DNA of 64,000 nt from a candidate division WWE3 bacterium RAAC2_WWE3_1 (lineage in GTDB: Bacteria; Patescibacteriota; WWE3; UBA101185; UBA10185). The notes under the pieces are model-generated. The model was given only the letters and a program-made list of their open reading frames with translations, ran no database searches and was not told the DNA's origin. Numbering within the stretch: the first letter of the stretch is position 1; the number at the start of each line of letters is the position of its first letter. A program made the translations under genes and the position numbers. Of the stretch, positions 1-14,700 are shown piece after piece. Location: positions 529,680 through 593,679 of the forward strand of contig CP006914.1 in NCBI GenBank assembly GCA_000503835.1, in the 5' to 3' direction.

Positions 1-131
1 TTCAGGTCCGCTCCCTGGGTATAAGTAGCCGATTGTATCTCGTCCAATAAAAAGGACATTTCGGTTGCCCGGGTCACTGTCTGTAAAGAGCTCAATATTC
101 GGCCTTGAGTTTCGGAGGTTAAATGATTCAT
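1..131 (-). CDS. Partial ORF running off the window (MNHLTSETQGRILSSLQTVTRATEMSFLLDEIQ...), possibly ATP synthase delta-like
   Basis: ATG at 131 overlaps the TGA of the upstream gene (ATGA coupling) and the frame is open to the window edge. The product is guessed from context only. Confidence 0.4.
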   Translation of the reverse strand, partial: MNHLTSETQGRILSSLQTVTRATEMSFLLDEIQSATYTQGADL

Positions 132-883
132 ATTTTTTCATTTTTAGCTGAAAATCCTTGCCTCATTAATTCTTCTTTAAGGGTATCCAGAATAAACTTT
201 TCGTGCGACGACTGGTCTATTACCCTGCCTAGCACTTTATCCGAAACCTTTGCTATTATGTCAAATATCCTGGCGTTAATGTCCTCGGTTTTCTGAATCT
301 TGTAAGCATTGATTTCCTCTTCAATACGCGAATACTCCTCCTCCAGTTTCTTCTCGACCTCTTTTTGTTTTTCAATAGTACCTTTTCGAACGGTGTCTGT
401 TATTTCCATTACCTCCGAGGTTAACTCCCTCTTTAGCATATCCGATGTCTCACCGATAACCTGCAAATTTTCCTGACGTTCTTTTTCCAGGGCATCTTTG
501 TATGTCTTCACTAATTCCTGTCCCAATCCTTCCAGAGTTGCTGTTTGTTTGTCATAAATGGCAGTGAATTTCCTATCCAACTCATCGCGTGCTTCCCTAC
601 TTAAACTGGATGCGCTATCCAAAGTCCTGTGAGCTTTGAGCTGGCTTTCTTCCAGGATTTTCAGGGATTTCAAACGGGCTGAGTCCATTATTTTCATGGC
701 TTCTGCATATGCCTTATCTTTAATCTCGTTTTCTAAAAAGACTTCTCTCTCCTGCTTATTGCGTTGGAGTATGTACAAAAATATCAGAACCAAAATAAAA
801 ACGGTGAGAGAGGAAAAAGCGATAACAAAGTAAAAAACTCTTTCCGTAAAGAACTCGTTGGGCAGTAAGATTGCAAAATCCAT
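128..883 (-). CDS. Single-TM long coiled-coil protein, ATP synthase subunit b-like
   Basis: N-terminal hydrophobic helix, then ~200 aa of charged helix ending 'RIFDIIAKVSDKVLGRVIDQSSHEKFILDTLKE', which resembles AtpF C-termini. Confidence 0.6.
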   Translation of the reverse strand: MDFAILLPNEFFTERVFYFVIAFSSLTVFILVLIFLYILQRNKQEREVFLENEIKDKAYAEAMKIMDSARLKSLKILEESQLKAHRTLDSASSLSREARDELDRKFTAIYDKQTATLEGLGQELVKTYKDALEKERQENLQVIGETSDMLKRELTSEVMEITDTVRKGTIEKQKEVEKKLEEEYSRIEEEINAYKIQKTEDINARIFDIIAKVSDKVLGRVIDQSSHEKFILDTLKEELMRQGFSAKNEKI

Positions 884-892
884 AAAGATAAT

Positions 893-1954
<1,062 letters not shown>

Positions 1955-2719
1955 CTATTACACGGGTAAGTTTGAGTGATTTTGGCGACCGGCATTCATG
2001 TTTGGGAGGCGGCCCATAAAAAACGCACATTCTTATAAAGCCGGACAGCTCTGTACACACCAGGACCTCTCTGCCCTACCCGGAAAAATATATATCAGAG
2101 AAGAATCGATTCCGTGCACTAGGACCGCAAAATAAATTTCTGGGGCGTTGTGTCGGTTCACAATAAGTTTACAGTGCTATCGTTATACTCTAAGAAGACC
2201 TGACCCTGCTGTTCGGAACACCAAGGCAAAGCCTGTAAGGGTCGGGAGCTGTAAAAATTTGAGGACTGACGAACCACTTTAGTTAAACACATAAACACGG
2301 GTATGCTCTCCGGACTATGGGGTCTATAAAAACCGGCTGTTAATAATACCTTAAAAATCTGAACCGCGTGCAAAAAATATTTCCTAACTTCCGAAAGAAA
2401 GTAATAACAAATGCTGAGCACGTCATATATTTACATCAGCAAAAAACGTTTAGTCTACAACATAAAAATACACGCCTTAAAAACAAAACATATCATATTG
2501 TCACATGTTAATAATTTAAGTCCGTGAAAAGGCTGTCAATAAAGAATAAAACAAGGTTTATGGTCCTTATGTAAATACTAACGAACATAAAACTGACAAA
2601 CCTTATCACTCGTTGATAGTAAAAGGAAATAAAGTATTGACTGAGTAAAAAAAACCCTCTATTATTTATAATAACTTTACTATCTGTTGTGACATAGGCA
2701 AATAGTAAACCTTCCTGCC

Positions 2720-5700
2720 ATGGAAATATCTGCCCAGAATAACAAAAAAAATTACTCAAAATCAGACTCAAACGTTTTTCGTAGTGAAGGATATGTTAAA
2801 GTATCTGAAGCCGCGAATTTATTAAGCGTTTCATCCTCTACCCTCCGTAGGTTCGAAGCTGAAGGTAAAATCACATCAAGAAGACTGGATAATAATTATA
2901 GGGTATACGATATATCAGAAGTCGCAAGATTCAAAAAAATACTTAATGAAGAAAAACAAACACGCAAAAAATCATACGTTACCGTTAACGACACACCGGT
3001 TTTTCAAAACAAAACTCCGGTCAAAGCCCACGGTTTTACCTGGCCCAAAATTAACGCCAGCTTCCCAAAAATAAATGAAACGTATAGTAACGTTTCGCAA
3101 AATTTTGAACAGCACTCGACTCTCAAAGCAGCTGCCAAATTTTTTAAGACTGCAAAAATAGCTGGTGTATCCTTCGCTGCAGTATTAATTCTAATAGGGC
3201 TGTCTGAAAATGTAAGATTTACAGATAATGTCATAGAGATACTTTCTTTCACTATGAGTAGACAGATCGAGACAGGAGAAAAAGGTTACGAAGTAATCGG
3301 ATTAACTTTAGGTTCCAAAGACAAAGTTACCAGCTATATCTACAACATTAATGTACCTGCTAACTTTAGACGAAACGTGAATATAGATGAAACTTTGCGG
3401 GTAACCGGGTTATCTTCGTTGTTAGGCGGCATAGAAACTCAAGATGCGGACGCAAACCTGGGTACGGGCACACTCACAACGGGCAGAATAGATATGACGG
3501 GCGAAGCATCCCTCAACAACCTTCTGGTCATCAATGATGTAACTGAAACTACACTGGAAGAATTCATCGATATCAATGGTGATGTGGTAGGAACCGGCTT
3601 AAACGATGTCAAAGTGGTCGGTCTCGGTGGAATCGAAGTAGGAGACCTTGACACCGATGACGGAAACATACTTATGATCGAAGGTGGAAGTTGGGCTTCT
3701 TTACCAACCAGCAGCATTACATCGCTTGGTACTATAACCACAGGCGTGTGGAACGGTACTCCTATCGCCCCGGGCTACGGCGGTACCGGACTTTCGTCAA
3801 TAACTGCCGGAAGTATTTTAATAGGGGGGTCAGGAAATACTATGTCAACTCTCGCCATCGGTTCCGCTAATCAGACGTTAATTTCAAGCGGTTCCGCCCC
3901 CGTCTGGACAAATTCCGATGCCTTTGTCTCTTCTTATGCGTGGCTGCTCACCGGTAATACAGGGACAGACAGCACTACGGATTTTATAGGGACTACGGAT
4001 AATACCGGACTTACTATCAGGACAAACGATGTCGAACGTGTGACTATAGCGGCTGACGGTAATGTGGGGATAGGAGGAACCGATCCTCAATTTTCTCTAC
4101 ATGTAGGAAATGGCAGCTCAAGCGCAGCCTGGATAGTAGGACAACAGGAAAGCGGTTACATAGAAGGCGATCTCGAGGTGGCGGGAACAATCTATGGTAC
4201 GTTTGTCGGACCCATAACAACTGTCGGGTATCAGCCTAATGCAGTGTTTTACTCTGACAGTGCCGGGACCATGACAACCGATAATACTCTGCTCTCTTTT
4301 AACGAAACCACGGCTGTGTTGTTGGTAAACGGAACTCTGAACACAAGTTTGTTTAAGATTGGTGGCACTTCAGTTACTTCAAGCGCGACTGAACTTAATA
4401 TCCTGGACGGGGCTTTAATATCAACAACAGAACTTAATCTTTTGGATGGACGCATCGGTACTCTTGTGGATTCAAGTAATGTGTCAAACTATGCTATTAC
4501 CTCAGTAGTGGCTGGATCGGGTTTAATCGGAGGAACAGGACCGGGGGCAACTACCCTTCATGTAGGGGTGGGAAACGGAATATCCATCGCCGCGGACAGC
4601 ATCGCCATAGATACAACAACAACAGGAGTAACCGCGGTATCCTCGTCCAATTCCGGACTTGAAGCATCCTCTGATGGACTTAGACTACTTGGGGGATGCG
4701 GATCTAACCAAATTCTTTCATGGGACGCAACCGGTCAGGTGTGGAAATGTGCATCAGTGTCAGGCATTGGCGGTATTACCGGAGCCGGCGCCTCAACACA
4801 GGTAGCTTTTTGGGACAGTGCGAGTTCTCTCACAGGGAATAACAGCCTTTGGTGGAACAATACAAGTACGAGACTTGGTATAGGAACCAGTGCTCCTCTA
4901 TACACACTTGATGTCAACGGAACAGCAAGGATAGGAAGTCTATCCGCAGGAAGCGGTAACTCAATAGTCCTTCAGAATGCAGGTGTACTTGAGACAAGGG
5001 ATGTTGATTCAAGGGTATGGGGAACTTCACTTGTTGACGGGACATCTTTAACCGCAAATTACCTGGCTAGAATATCTGACGCCAATACCCTAATAACCGG
5101 TATGGTCTATGACAACGGTTCATTTGTCGGAATAGGTACAACACAAGCCGGGTATCTTTTAAATATAGGGGGCTCTCTTAATACCTCGGCCCTCTTCATT
5201 GCAGGAAGTGCCGTAACATCAAGTGCCACAGAACTTAACATCCTTGATGGAGTTACCGCCACAACAAGTGAAATAAACATGCTAGCTGGAAGAACAGGAA
5301 CACTTGTTGACTCAAATAACGTGGGAAGTTATGCCGTAACTGCCATAACAGCAGGGTCAGGTCTAACAGGAGGAACAGGACCGGGAGCCACAACAATAAA
5401 TATTGGAGCCGGAAACGGATTAATAGTATCAGCTGACTCCATAGCAATAGACTCAGCAACAACCGGGTTAACTGCTGTAACATCATCTAACTCAGGTATA
5501 GAGGTAACAGCAGATGGAATAAGACTTTTAGGTGGGTGCTCACTTAACCAGGTTTTGGCTTGGGATAATACTTCACAAACATGGAAATGCTCCTCAGTCT
5601 CAGGTCTTGGAGGAGTAACAGGAACAGGAACCGATAACTACCTAGCCAGATGGGATGGAACTAGCGCTCTTCAAAATTCTTCTGTGTTTGCTGCCGATTC

Positions 5701-8700
5701 AGGTAATGTGGGAATCGGAACATCGGGTCCGGGATATAACCTGGATGTGGCGGGAAGCGCCAATGTATCAAACCTTTTTATCGCAGGAAACCTTGTATCC
5801 TCAAGTGCCACAGAACTAAATATACTTGACGGAGCACTAGTATCTACAGCCGAGATAAATCTTTTGGACGGAAGAACAGGTGTACTTTTAGACACAAGTA
5901 ATGTCTCGACCCAGCTTTCAACATGGGACCAACTGGCATCTGATGATCTGACAACCGCAACAGGGTTTTCCGGAGACGTGTCGGGTCCATATAACGATCT
6001 GCAGATACAAACAGGTGTTGTGGGTGCAAATGAACTTGCGGCAACAAGCGTATCGGCAGGAACATATGGCTCCACAAGCGGTGTCTCAACATTCACGGTA
6101 GACGCCGACGGAAGGTTAACTTCTGCCGGAAACACAACACTTAGCGGCGCCGGAATAACGGATAACACAATAGAGGAGGTTGATCTTGAGGTAACAAATG
6201 CGGGGGTAAACGGATACGTATTAACATATGACAATGCTACAGGCGGTTTCACCTGGGTATCCTCTGCCGTTATGGGTACAAACTACTGGCAGCGTATCGG
6301 TTCAAACCTTGTTCCTTTAACAGTAACAGACTATGTAACAACAAACGGAAGAATAGGTGCAGGCACAACTTCCCCCTCCTACACACTTGATGTCAACGGA
6401 ACAGCAAGGATAGGAAGTCTATCGGCAGGAAGCGGTAACTCAATAGTCCTTCAGAATGCAGGTGTACTTGAGACAAGGGATGTTGATTCAAGGGTATGGG
6501 GAACTTCACTTGTTGACGGAACGTCTTTAACTGCAAATTACCTAGCTAGAATATCTGACGCAAATACCCTAATAACCGGTATGGTCTATGACAACGGTTC
6601 ATTTGTCGGAATAGGTACTACCGGTAACTCAGGATACATACTAAATGTGGCGGGGAGTGCCAATGTATCAAACCTTTTCTTGGCAGGTACTCTTGTATCC
6701 TCAAGTGCCACAGAACTAAATATACTTGACGGAGCTACCCTTTCAACAACAGAGCTTAATCTTTTAACCGGAAGAACAGGAACACTGGTTGACTCAAATA
6801 ACGTGGGAAGTTATGCCGTAACTGCCATAACAGCAGGGTCAGGTCTAACAGGAGGAACAGGACCGGGAGCCACAACAATAAATATTGGAGCAGGTAGCGG
6901 TATCTCACTTGCCGCAGATTCAATAACCCTTGATACCGATACCACAGGTACAACCTCAGTCACATCAAATAACTCAGGTCTTGAGGTAACAGGTTCGGGT
7001 CTTAGACTTCTTGGGGGATGCTCGGATACACAGATACTTAAATGGAACTCAACCGCATCTGTCTGGTACTGTTCCTCAGATTCTACTGGTACCTCAGGTA
7101 CTGCAACCATAGCAGGATCGGGTCTTGCTACACAAATTGCCTTCTTCTCAGGTTCAACATCAATCAGTGGATCAAATAACCTATGGTGGGATAACACAGG
7201 TGGAAATCTTGGTATAGGAACATCAGGACCTGCAGCTAAACTCGAACTTGCCGGCTCCGCTGATACTGAACAATTCGTAATAAAAGCGAACGCTACACAA
7301 TCTAATACGAACCCTTTGATTCAGCTTCAATCATCGACCGGAACCGCTCTCTTAGATATCAGCACAGATAGTGTTGAAAACGTATTTATAGGCAGATTGG
7401 CAGGAAGTTCGAACACTGTGGGTGCAGGAAGCAGCGGCATGTACAACACCTTCATTGGCAGCGGCGCCGGTGATAATAATTCTGCCGGATACCAAAATAG
7501 CGTACTCGGCGCTTACGCCCTTTTCGGAAACACTTATGGAATAAACAACACCTCTATGGGCGTGTATTCACTTTTCTCAAATACTACCGGTAACGACAAC
7601 GTTTCGCTGGGTTTCAAAGCCGGGCAGTATAGCACGACCGGATCATACAACGTATTTTTAGGTACAAGCGCAGGATTTGGGGTCAACACCACACAAAGAG
7701 CTTTGTCTAGCTATAACGTAGCTATAGGTAACGAAGCCGGTTATAGCTTGTCGGCTAACTCCAGCAGTAACATATTCTTAGGCTACAGAGCAGGATATAA
7801 CGAGACGGGGTCTAATAAGCTGTATATAGATAATGGGTCAGCTCCCGGGGGGAGTGCCTTCATCTACGGAGATATGTCAAGTGACCTTTTAACCTTCAAC
7901 GCTAATGTGGGAATTGGAAAGACGTCCCCCACAGCATGGCTTGATATATCAGCTGCAACAACCTCTAAACCTTCGATAAGAGTAGCCTCAGGCACAGCTC
8001 CTTCCTCACCTGTTACAGGGGACATATATAATAATGGGACTTCCCTTTACTACTACAACGGAACTGCATGGCAAGATCTCGGAGCTACAGGTACATCAGG
8101 CACTGCAGCCATAGCAGGATCAGGTCTTGCAACTCAGGTTGCCTTCTTCTCAGGTTCCACATCAATTTCCGGGTCAAATAACCTATGGTGGGATTCCGGT
8201 AACTCAAGACTGGGAATCGGAACATCCGGTCCTGCCTACCCACTATCAGTGCTATCAACGGCACCTGATGTGGCCGACGGTCGCGTAGCTGACGTAGACG
8301 GAACGTTGACATCCTCAACAAACGATCAGCAGGGGTTTAAAACCTCCGTTACGGTCACTCCGGGCGCAAGCACCTCAAAAATCTACTCTGGCATGCAACT
8401 CTCGCTCTCGGGCAACAGTAATACACGTTTGACGAACGCCATTTTTAGAGGTGTAGAAGGTTATATCAGCTACAGCGGATCTTCGGGCATACTTGGCACA
8501 GGTATTGGGGGAAGATTCAGGGTAAATAATTCGTCAACGGGCACAATCACTAACGCCTATGATTTATACCTGGCAACCCCGACGAATACCGGAACGATCA
8601 CAAATACTTATGGTCTTTACATAGATTCTATGACTGCGGGCACCCAGCCGAACAAGGCTTTTGGAATATATCAGGCCGGTTCCGGTGACAGAAATTACTT

Positions 8701-11700
8701 CGCCGGTAATGTAGGTCTAGGAACAACTAACCCGGCAAGCATACTTCAGGTTGCAGGAAACATTCTACCCTCTGCAGACGATACCTACGATATTGGTTCC
8801 AGTGCATTAAGGTGGCGGGATGTGTATATAGGGCCTGCATCCTTACACATCGGTACCAATCAGAGCGAGGCAACCATAAAGTATCTGGTAGGCCAAAGCT
8901 CACTTGGCTTTGATCTTGATGCTAACGGTGTTTACGAGTTTGAAATGGGTGCAGACGGAAAATTCGGTATCGGCACAACCAACCCGAACTTCATGTTGGA
9001 CATTGCCGGAAGTGCAAGCGTAAACACCTTATTCCTTGGAGGTTCTGCGATAACGGCGACTGCCGCTGAACTTAACCGCCTATCAGGAGGATCCGGAAAT
9101 GTTGTCGATACAGGTAACGTGGGAAGTTATGCCGTAACTGCCATAACAGCAGGGTCAGGTCTAACAGGAGGAACAGGACCGGGAGCCACAACAATAAATA
9201 TTGGAGCAGGGAGTGGTATCTCACTTGCCGCAGATTCAATAACCCTTGATACCGATACCACAGGTACAACCTCAGTCACATCAAATAACTCAGGTCTTGA
9301 GGTAACAGGTTCGGGTCTTAGACTTCTTGGGGGATGCTCGGATACACAGATACTTAAATGGAACTCAACCGCATCTGTCTGGTACTGTTCCTCAGATTCT
9401 ACTGGTACCTCAGGTACTGCAACCATAGCAGGATCCGGTCTCGCAACTCAGGTTGCCTTCTTCTCAGGTTCAACATCAATTTCCGGGTCAAATAACCTAT
9501 GGTGGAACTCCACAGATTCAAGACTAGGGATTGGAACGTCCGCTCCTTTAACCTCACTCGATGTATCAGGAACAACCTGGCTAAGAGGCCTCTCGGCAAA
9601 TTCGGGACTATTCGTAAATGCATCAGGATCTATAGGAATCGGAACAACCAACCCGCAATATAATCTGCACGTAGTAGGAAACCTCGGGCTTACAGGAGAT
9701 TTTTATCTGCTTGGAGCACCTTCCTCACCTTCCACAACCGAAGGCACTATGTACTATGATACTGACGATGACCGGCTCAAAGTCTATGCTAACGGAAAAT
9801 GGCAATCAGACAGAACAACAGCAACCGTGATAGTTGCCGCATCAGATAGTAAAAATAAGGAAAAAGCCGATATTGTGGCTGACGGAACCAACGACGAAAC
9901 GGATATTGAGAATGCCGTTACCAACTACCTTCCGGCCACAGGAGGTAACGTTGTACTTCTTGACGGTACATACAATATAGGGGCGGACGGCATAGATATC
10001 ACCAAATCAAACGTTACCTTAACAGGTGCCGGTAATGCTACTGTCGTTAAAAGAGTTGCTGACTCGACAGCTGTCGACGGAACAATTACTTTAGGTGATG
10101 GGGGTACAACAGCTGTTACCAATGTCAAAATTACAGAACTCCAGGTCGACGGTCAAAAAAGTGCGTATTCCAGTCCTAATAACGTTGCGATATTTTTCAA
10201 CCAGCGGGTAACCCAGTCTCAAATTGAAGGCACCTACATTCACGATATTTATAGTTACGGCATTTACCTGAAAGGTACTACACAATCGGTCAGTGATAAT
10301 ACCATTCACAATAACACCATTATAAACAGCAGTAACCCAATCTATGTCGATGCCGGATCAACCAGCACCCGCGCTCACAACATTTCAATTACCAATAATA
10401 ATATTTCATCGGGCGTTGCAGGAATTTACATAAATTACGCTAAGTATTTTAAAGTTTCAGATAACAAATTTTCTAACTATCAGTATATTTTATCGGTGGA
10501 TAACTCCGAATATGGCGTTATTAGCGGAAACACCACTGACGGCAGCACTATTACAGGGGTTAATACAGCCATGGTTATATCCTTAGGTGCGAGCAATTAC
10601 AACACAATCGTTTCCAACTATATTTACGGCGGTTCGGGTATGGGTGGTTCGGCGGCAATATATGTCGACAATACAAGTACCGGGAACTATATAGCCGGTA
10701 ATACCTTGGGCAACAACAAGATAACCGATTCAGGTATCGGCACAATCATTCAGCAGGACGACCGATTCCTCGTAAACGGATATTTAAAAGCTACTTCCCT
10801 ATATCTTTCAGGTACGCAGGTAACCTCAAGTGCCACAGAACTAAATATACTTGACGGAGCTACCCTTTCCACAACAGAGCTTAATCTTTTAACCGGAAGA
10901 ACAGGAACACTTGTTGACTCAAATAACGTGGGAAGTTATGCCGTAACTGCCATAACAGCAGGGTCAGGTCTAACAGGAGGAACAGGACCGGGAGCCACAA
11001 CAATAAATATTGGAGCAGGGAGTGGTATCTCACTTGCCGCAGATTCAATAACTCTTGATACCGATACCACAGGTACAACCTCAGTCACATCAAATAACTC
11101 AGGTCTTGAGGTTGTGGCTGATGGCCTTCGCCTAATCGGAGGATGTACAGATACTCAAATTCTTAAATGGAATGCATCAACCTCCATGTGGTACTGCGCT
11201 GCTGATTCTACAGGAACTGCAGGTTCAGCCACAATCGCAGGCTCTGGTGTTGTAAACCAAGTCTCATTCTTCTCAGGCTCCACATCAATATCCGGTTCAA
11301 ATAATCTATGGTGGGACAATTCAAATACAAGACTAGGGATTGGAACATCGGGTCCTTTAACCGCTCTTGATGTATCCGGAACCACATGGCTTAGAGGTCT
11401 TTCAGCTAACTCGGGACTATTTGTAAACACCTCGGGATACGTCGGAATCGGAACAACCAACCCCACTGCCCCGCTAAGTGTTGGAACAGGTAGCGCCTTT
11501 GCGGTCAGTTCAACAGGAGCTGTAACATCAGGGAGCTGGAATGGCGCCGCAATAAGCGTTCCCTACGGAGGTACCGGATTGACATCAATTGCCGCGGGCT
11601 CCGTTCTTGCCGCCAATTCGGTTGACACGTTAAGTGTTATAACCTCAACATCCGGTCTTAAAGTACTACAAAATAGCGCGGGTACAACGTCGTGGGCGAC

Positions 11701-14700
11701 AACAACCGGTACCGGAAATGTGGTCTTTTCAGACTCTCCAGTACTAACAACTCAGGCCATGGTTCCTCTAATAGTCGGCGGATCATCGCCCACATCCGTC
11801 CTTACCCTTAAATCCACATCAGGAACCGGAACGACGGACGCCATCGTATTCCAGGTGGGAACAAACGGCGGTACAGAGGCCATGAGAATATTAAATAGCG
11901 GAAATATAGGGATTGGCACCACCTCCAACGCTTATAAACTATTCGTGGACGGATCGTTAAATGCTACTTCCCTGTATCTTTCGGGTTCTCAGGTAACATC
12001 AAGTGCCACAGAACTAAATATACTTGACGGAGCTACCCTTTCCACAACAGAGCTTAATCTTTTAACCGGAAGAAGCGGAACACTGCTTGATTCCGGTAAC
12101 GTGGGAACATACGCCACAACAGCAGTTACCGCAGGTTCAGGTCTATCGGGGGGTGGTACAACCGGCGCCCTAACCATTAATATCGGAGGCGGAAACGGAA
12201 TAACAATAAATGCTGATGATATAACGATAGATGCGACAACCGCTGGGACGACAACCGTCAAATCCAATAATTCCGGTCTTGAGGTGGTGTCAGACGGTCT
12301 CAGACTTCTTGGGGGGTGTGCGAACGGAGAAGTTTTAAAGTGGAATTCAAGTACTTCGGTTTGGTACTGTGCAGTTGACACAACAGGTTCCGGTACAGCT
12401 ACAATCGCAGGATCCGGAATAGCCGGACAATTAACCTTCTTCACCGGCTCCACGGCGGTATCCGGTTCAAATAACCTGTGGTGGGATAACACAGGCGGAA
12501 ATCTTGGAATAGGGACATCAGGACCTGTAGCTAAACTCGAACTTGCCGGCTCCGCTGATACTGAACAATTCGTAATAAAAGCGAACGCCACACAATCTAA
12601 TACGCAGCCACTCATTCAACTGCAATCCCCAACGGGCACTCCTCTGCTCTCCATCACTTCAGATAATGAAACGAACGCCTTCTTTGGATACAGAGCAGGT
12701 TCCGCTAATACATACGGATCTGCAACATCCGGTGGGGGCAACACATTCATAGGCTATCTTTCGGGATCTTCAAATAATGCAGGTTACCAAAATACATCTG
12801 TAGGTGGAGAGGCCTTGTCTAGAAACACGACAGGAGTCTATAATAGCGGACTTGGTTATCAATCACTTTACTCAAACACAACGGCAAACTATAACACCGC
12901 GGTTGGGTTTCAAGCACTTTACTCAAACACACTCGGGAGTGCTAACATCGGGGTTGGCTTTGGCGCAGGAGTATACAACCAAACGGGTACCGGAAATTTG
13001 TTTTTGGGACATAAGGCCGGGTACGGGGGAGCAGCAAGGACAGGCTCAGACTTCAACGCAGCGGTGGGTTACGAAGCGGGATACAGTCTATCCGCAAACT
13101 CCGATAGCAACATATTTTTAGGTTACAGAGCAGGATACAATGAAACAGGTTCTAATAACTTGTATATAGACAACACCTCATCTCCTGCAGATACAGCCTT
13201 TATTTATGGTGACATGGGCCTCGATCGATTAACCTTTAACGCTAATGTTGGAATAGGAAAAACATCCCCCACAGCGTGGCTTGATGTCGCAGCAGCAACA
13301 ACAGCTAAACCTTCCATAAGGGTAGCAACGGGTGCTGAACCTTCCTCCCCTGTAACCGGAGACATATATAACAATGGAACGTCCCTTTACTACTACAATG
13401 GAACAGCCTGGAAGGATCTTACGGCTACAGGAGCAGGTGGTGGTCTTGCTGGCTCAGGAATCGCCGGACAACTCACATTTTTCACCGGATCCACAGCAGT
13501 ATCCGGTTCAAACAATCTATGGTGGGATTCCGGTAACTCAAGACTGGGAATCGGAACATCCGCTCCTTTAACCTCAATCGATGTATCCGGAACCACGTGG
13601 CTTAGAGGTCTTTCGGCAAATTCGGGACTATTTGTAAACCAGTCAGGATATACCGGCATAGGTACAACAAGCCCAATCTCGAAACTCCAGGTGGAAGGAC
13701 CCACATGGCTTAGAGGCGGCACTGGTGTCGCCGGAGCAAAAGGTGTCTATATAGATGCCAACTCGAATCTCGGTATCGGAACAACAAATCCCGGGTATTT
13801 ACTCACCTTAAATACCACAACCGATCAGCACGCAATAGCTTTCCTCGAAGGAACAACAAACAGGGCGTTCTTCGGACTGGCCGCATCTGCAGGTCAGTTT
13901 GCTGCAGGTTCTCGTGATAACGACCTTATTTGGAGATCTGAAAGTGGCAGTAACCAGCTTTGGACCACAGACGGAGGTACTACCGCAATGGTGACCCTTA
14001 ACTCAGGGGGTAACCTGGGAATAGGAACAACAGCTCCTTTGGCATGGTTCGATGTTAAGGGCGCTACAACATCCGAGGCATCTATAAGAGTGAGAAGCGG
14101 GACCCAGCCTTCGGCGCCTGCAACGGGCGATATTTATAACGACGGCGACCAGCTCTTCTTCTACAACGGAACTGCATGGCAGGATCTTGGGGCGACGACC
14201 GCGGGGGGCGGCGGTATCGCAGGATCCGGAATAGCCGGACAATTAACCTTCTTCACCGGCTCCACGGCGGTATCCGGCTCAAACAACCTGTTCTGGGATA
14301 CTTCAAACTCAAGGCTGGGAATAGGAACATCCGCTCCTGCGTCACAACTCGCACTGCTTAGCACTGACACAACAAACGGTCAATTTAGAATAGGCTACGA
14401 TGCCTCTAACTATACTAAGTTCACAACCGACTCCGTCGGTAATCTGACCCTTAATAACAACGGCACCAACGTGGTCAAGTTCGGCGCTACCAACACCGAA
14501 TTCTATACACCTACAACCTTCTCGGCCGCAGGCGATGTGTCTATGGCCTACGACCTCATATTTACAAATGCGACAAGCTCTGAGCTCAGATCATACGGGC
14601 CTCTCAGCATAACGGCGGGAGAAACATACGGCAGCAGCAACCTCACGCTTAAGACCTATAACTCAGGTGACATTGTGGCTGACCTAACAGGAACAGGCAG

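Noticed and set aside
2158-2771. Two 87-aa minus-strand ORFs in the divergent intergenic region
   Set aside because: No recognisable motifs; composition looks like AT-rich promoter DNA.
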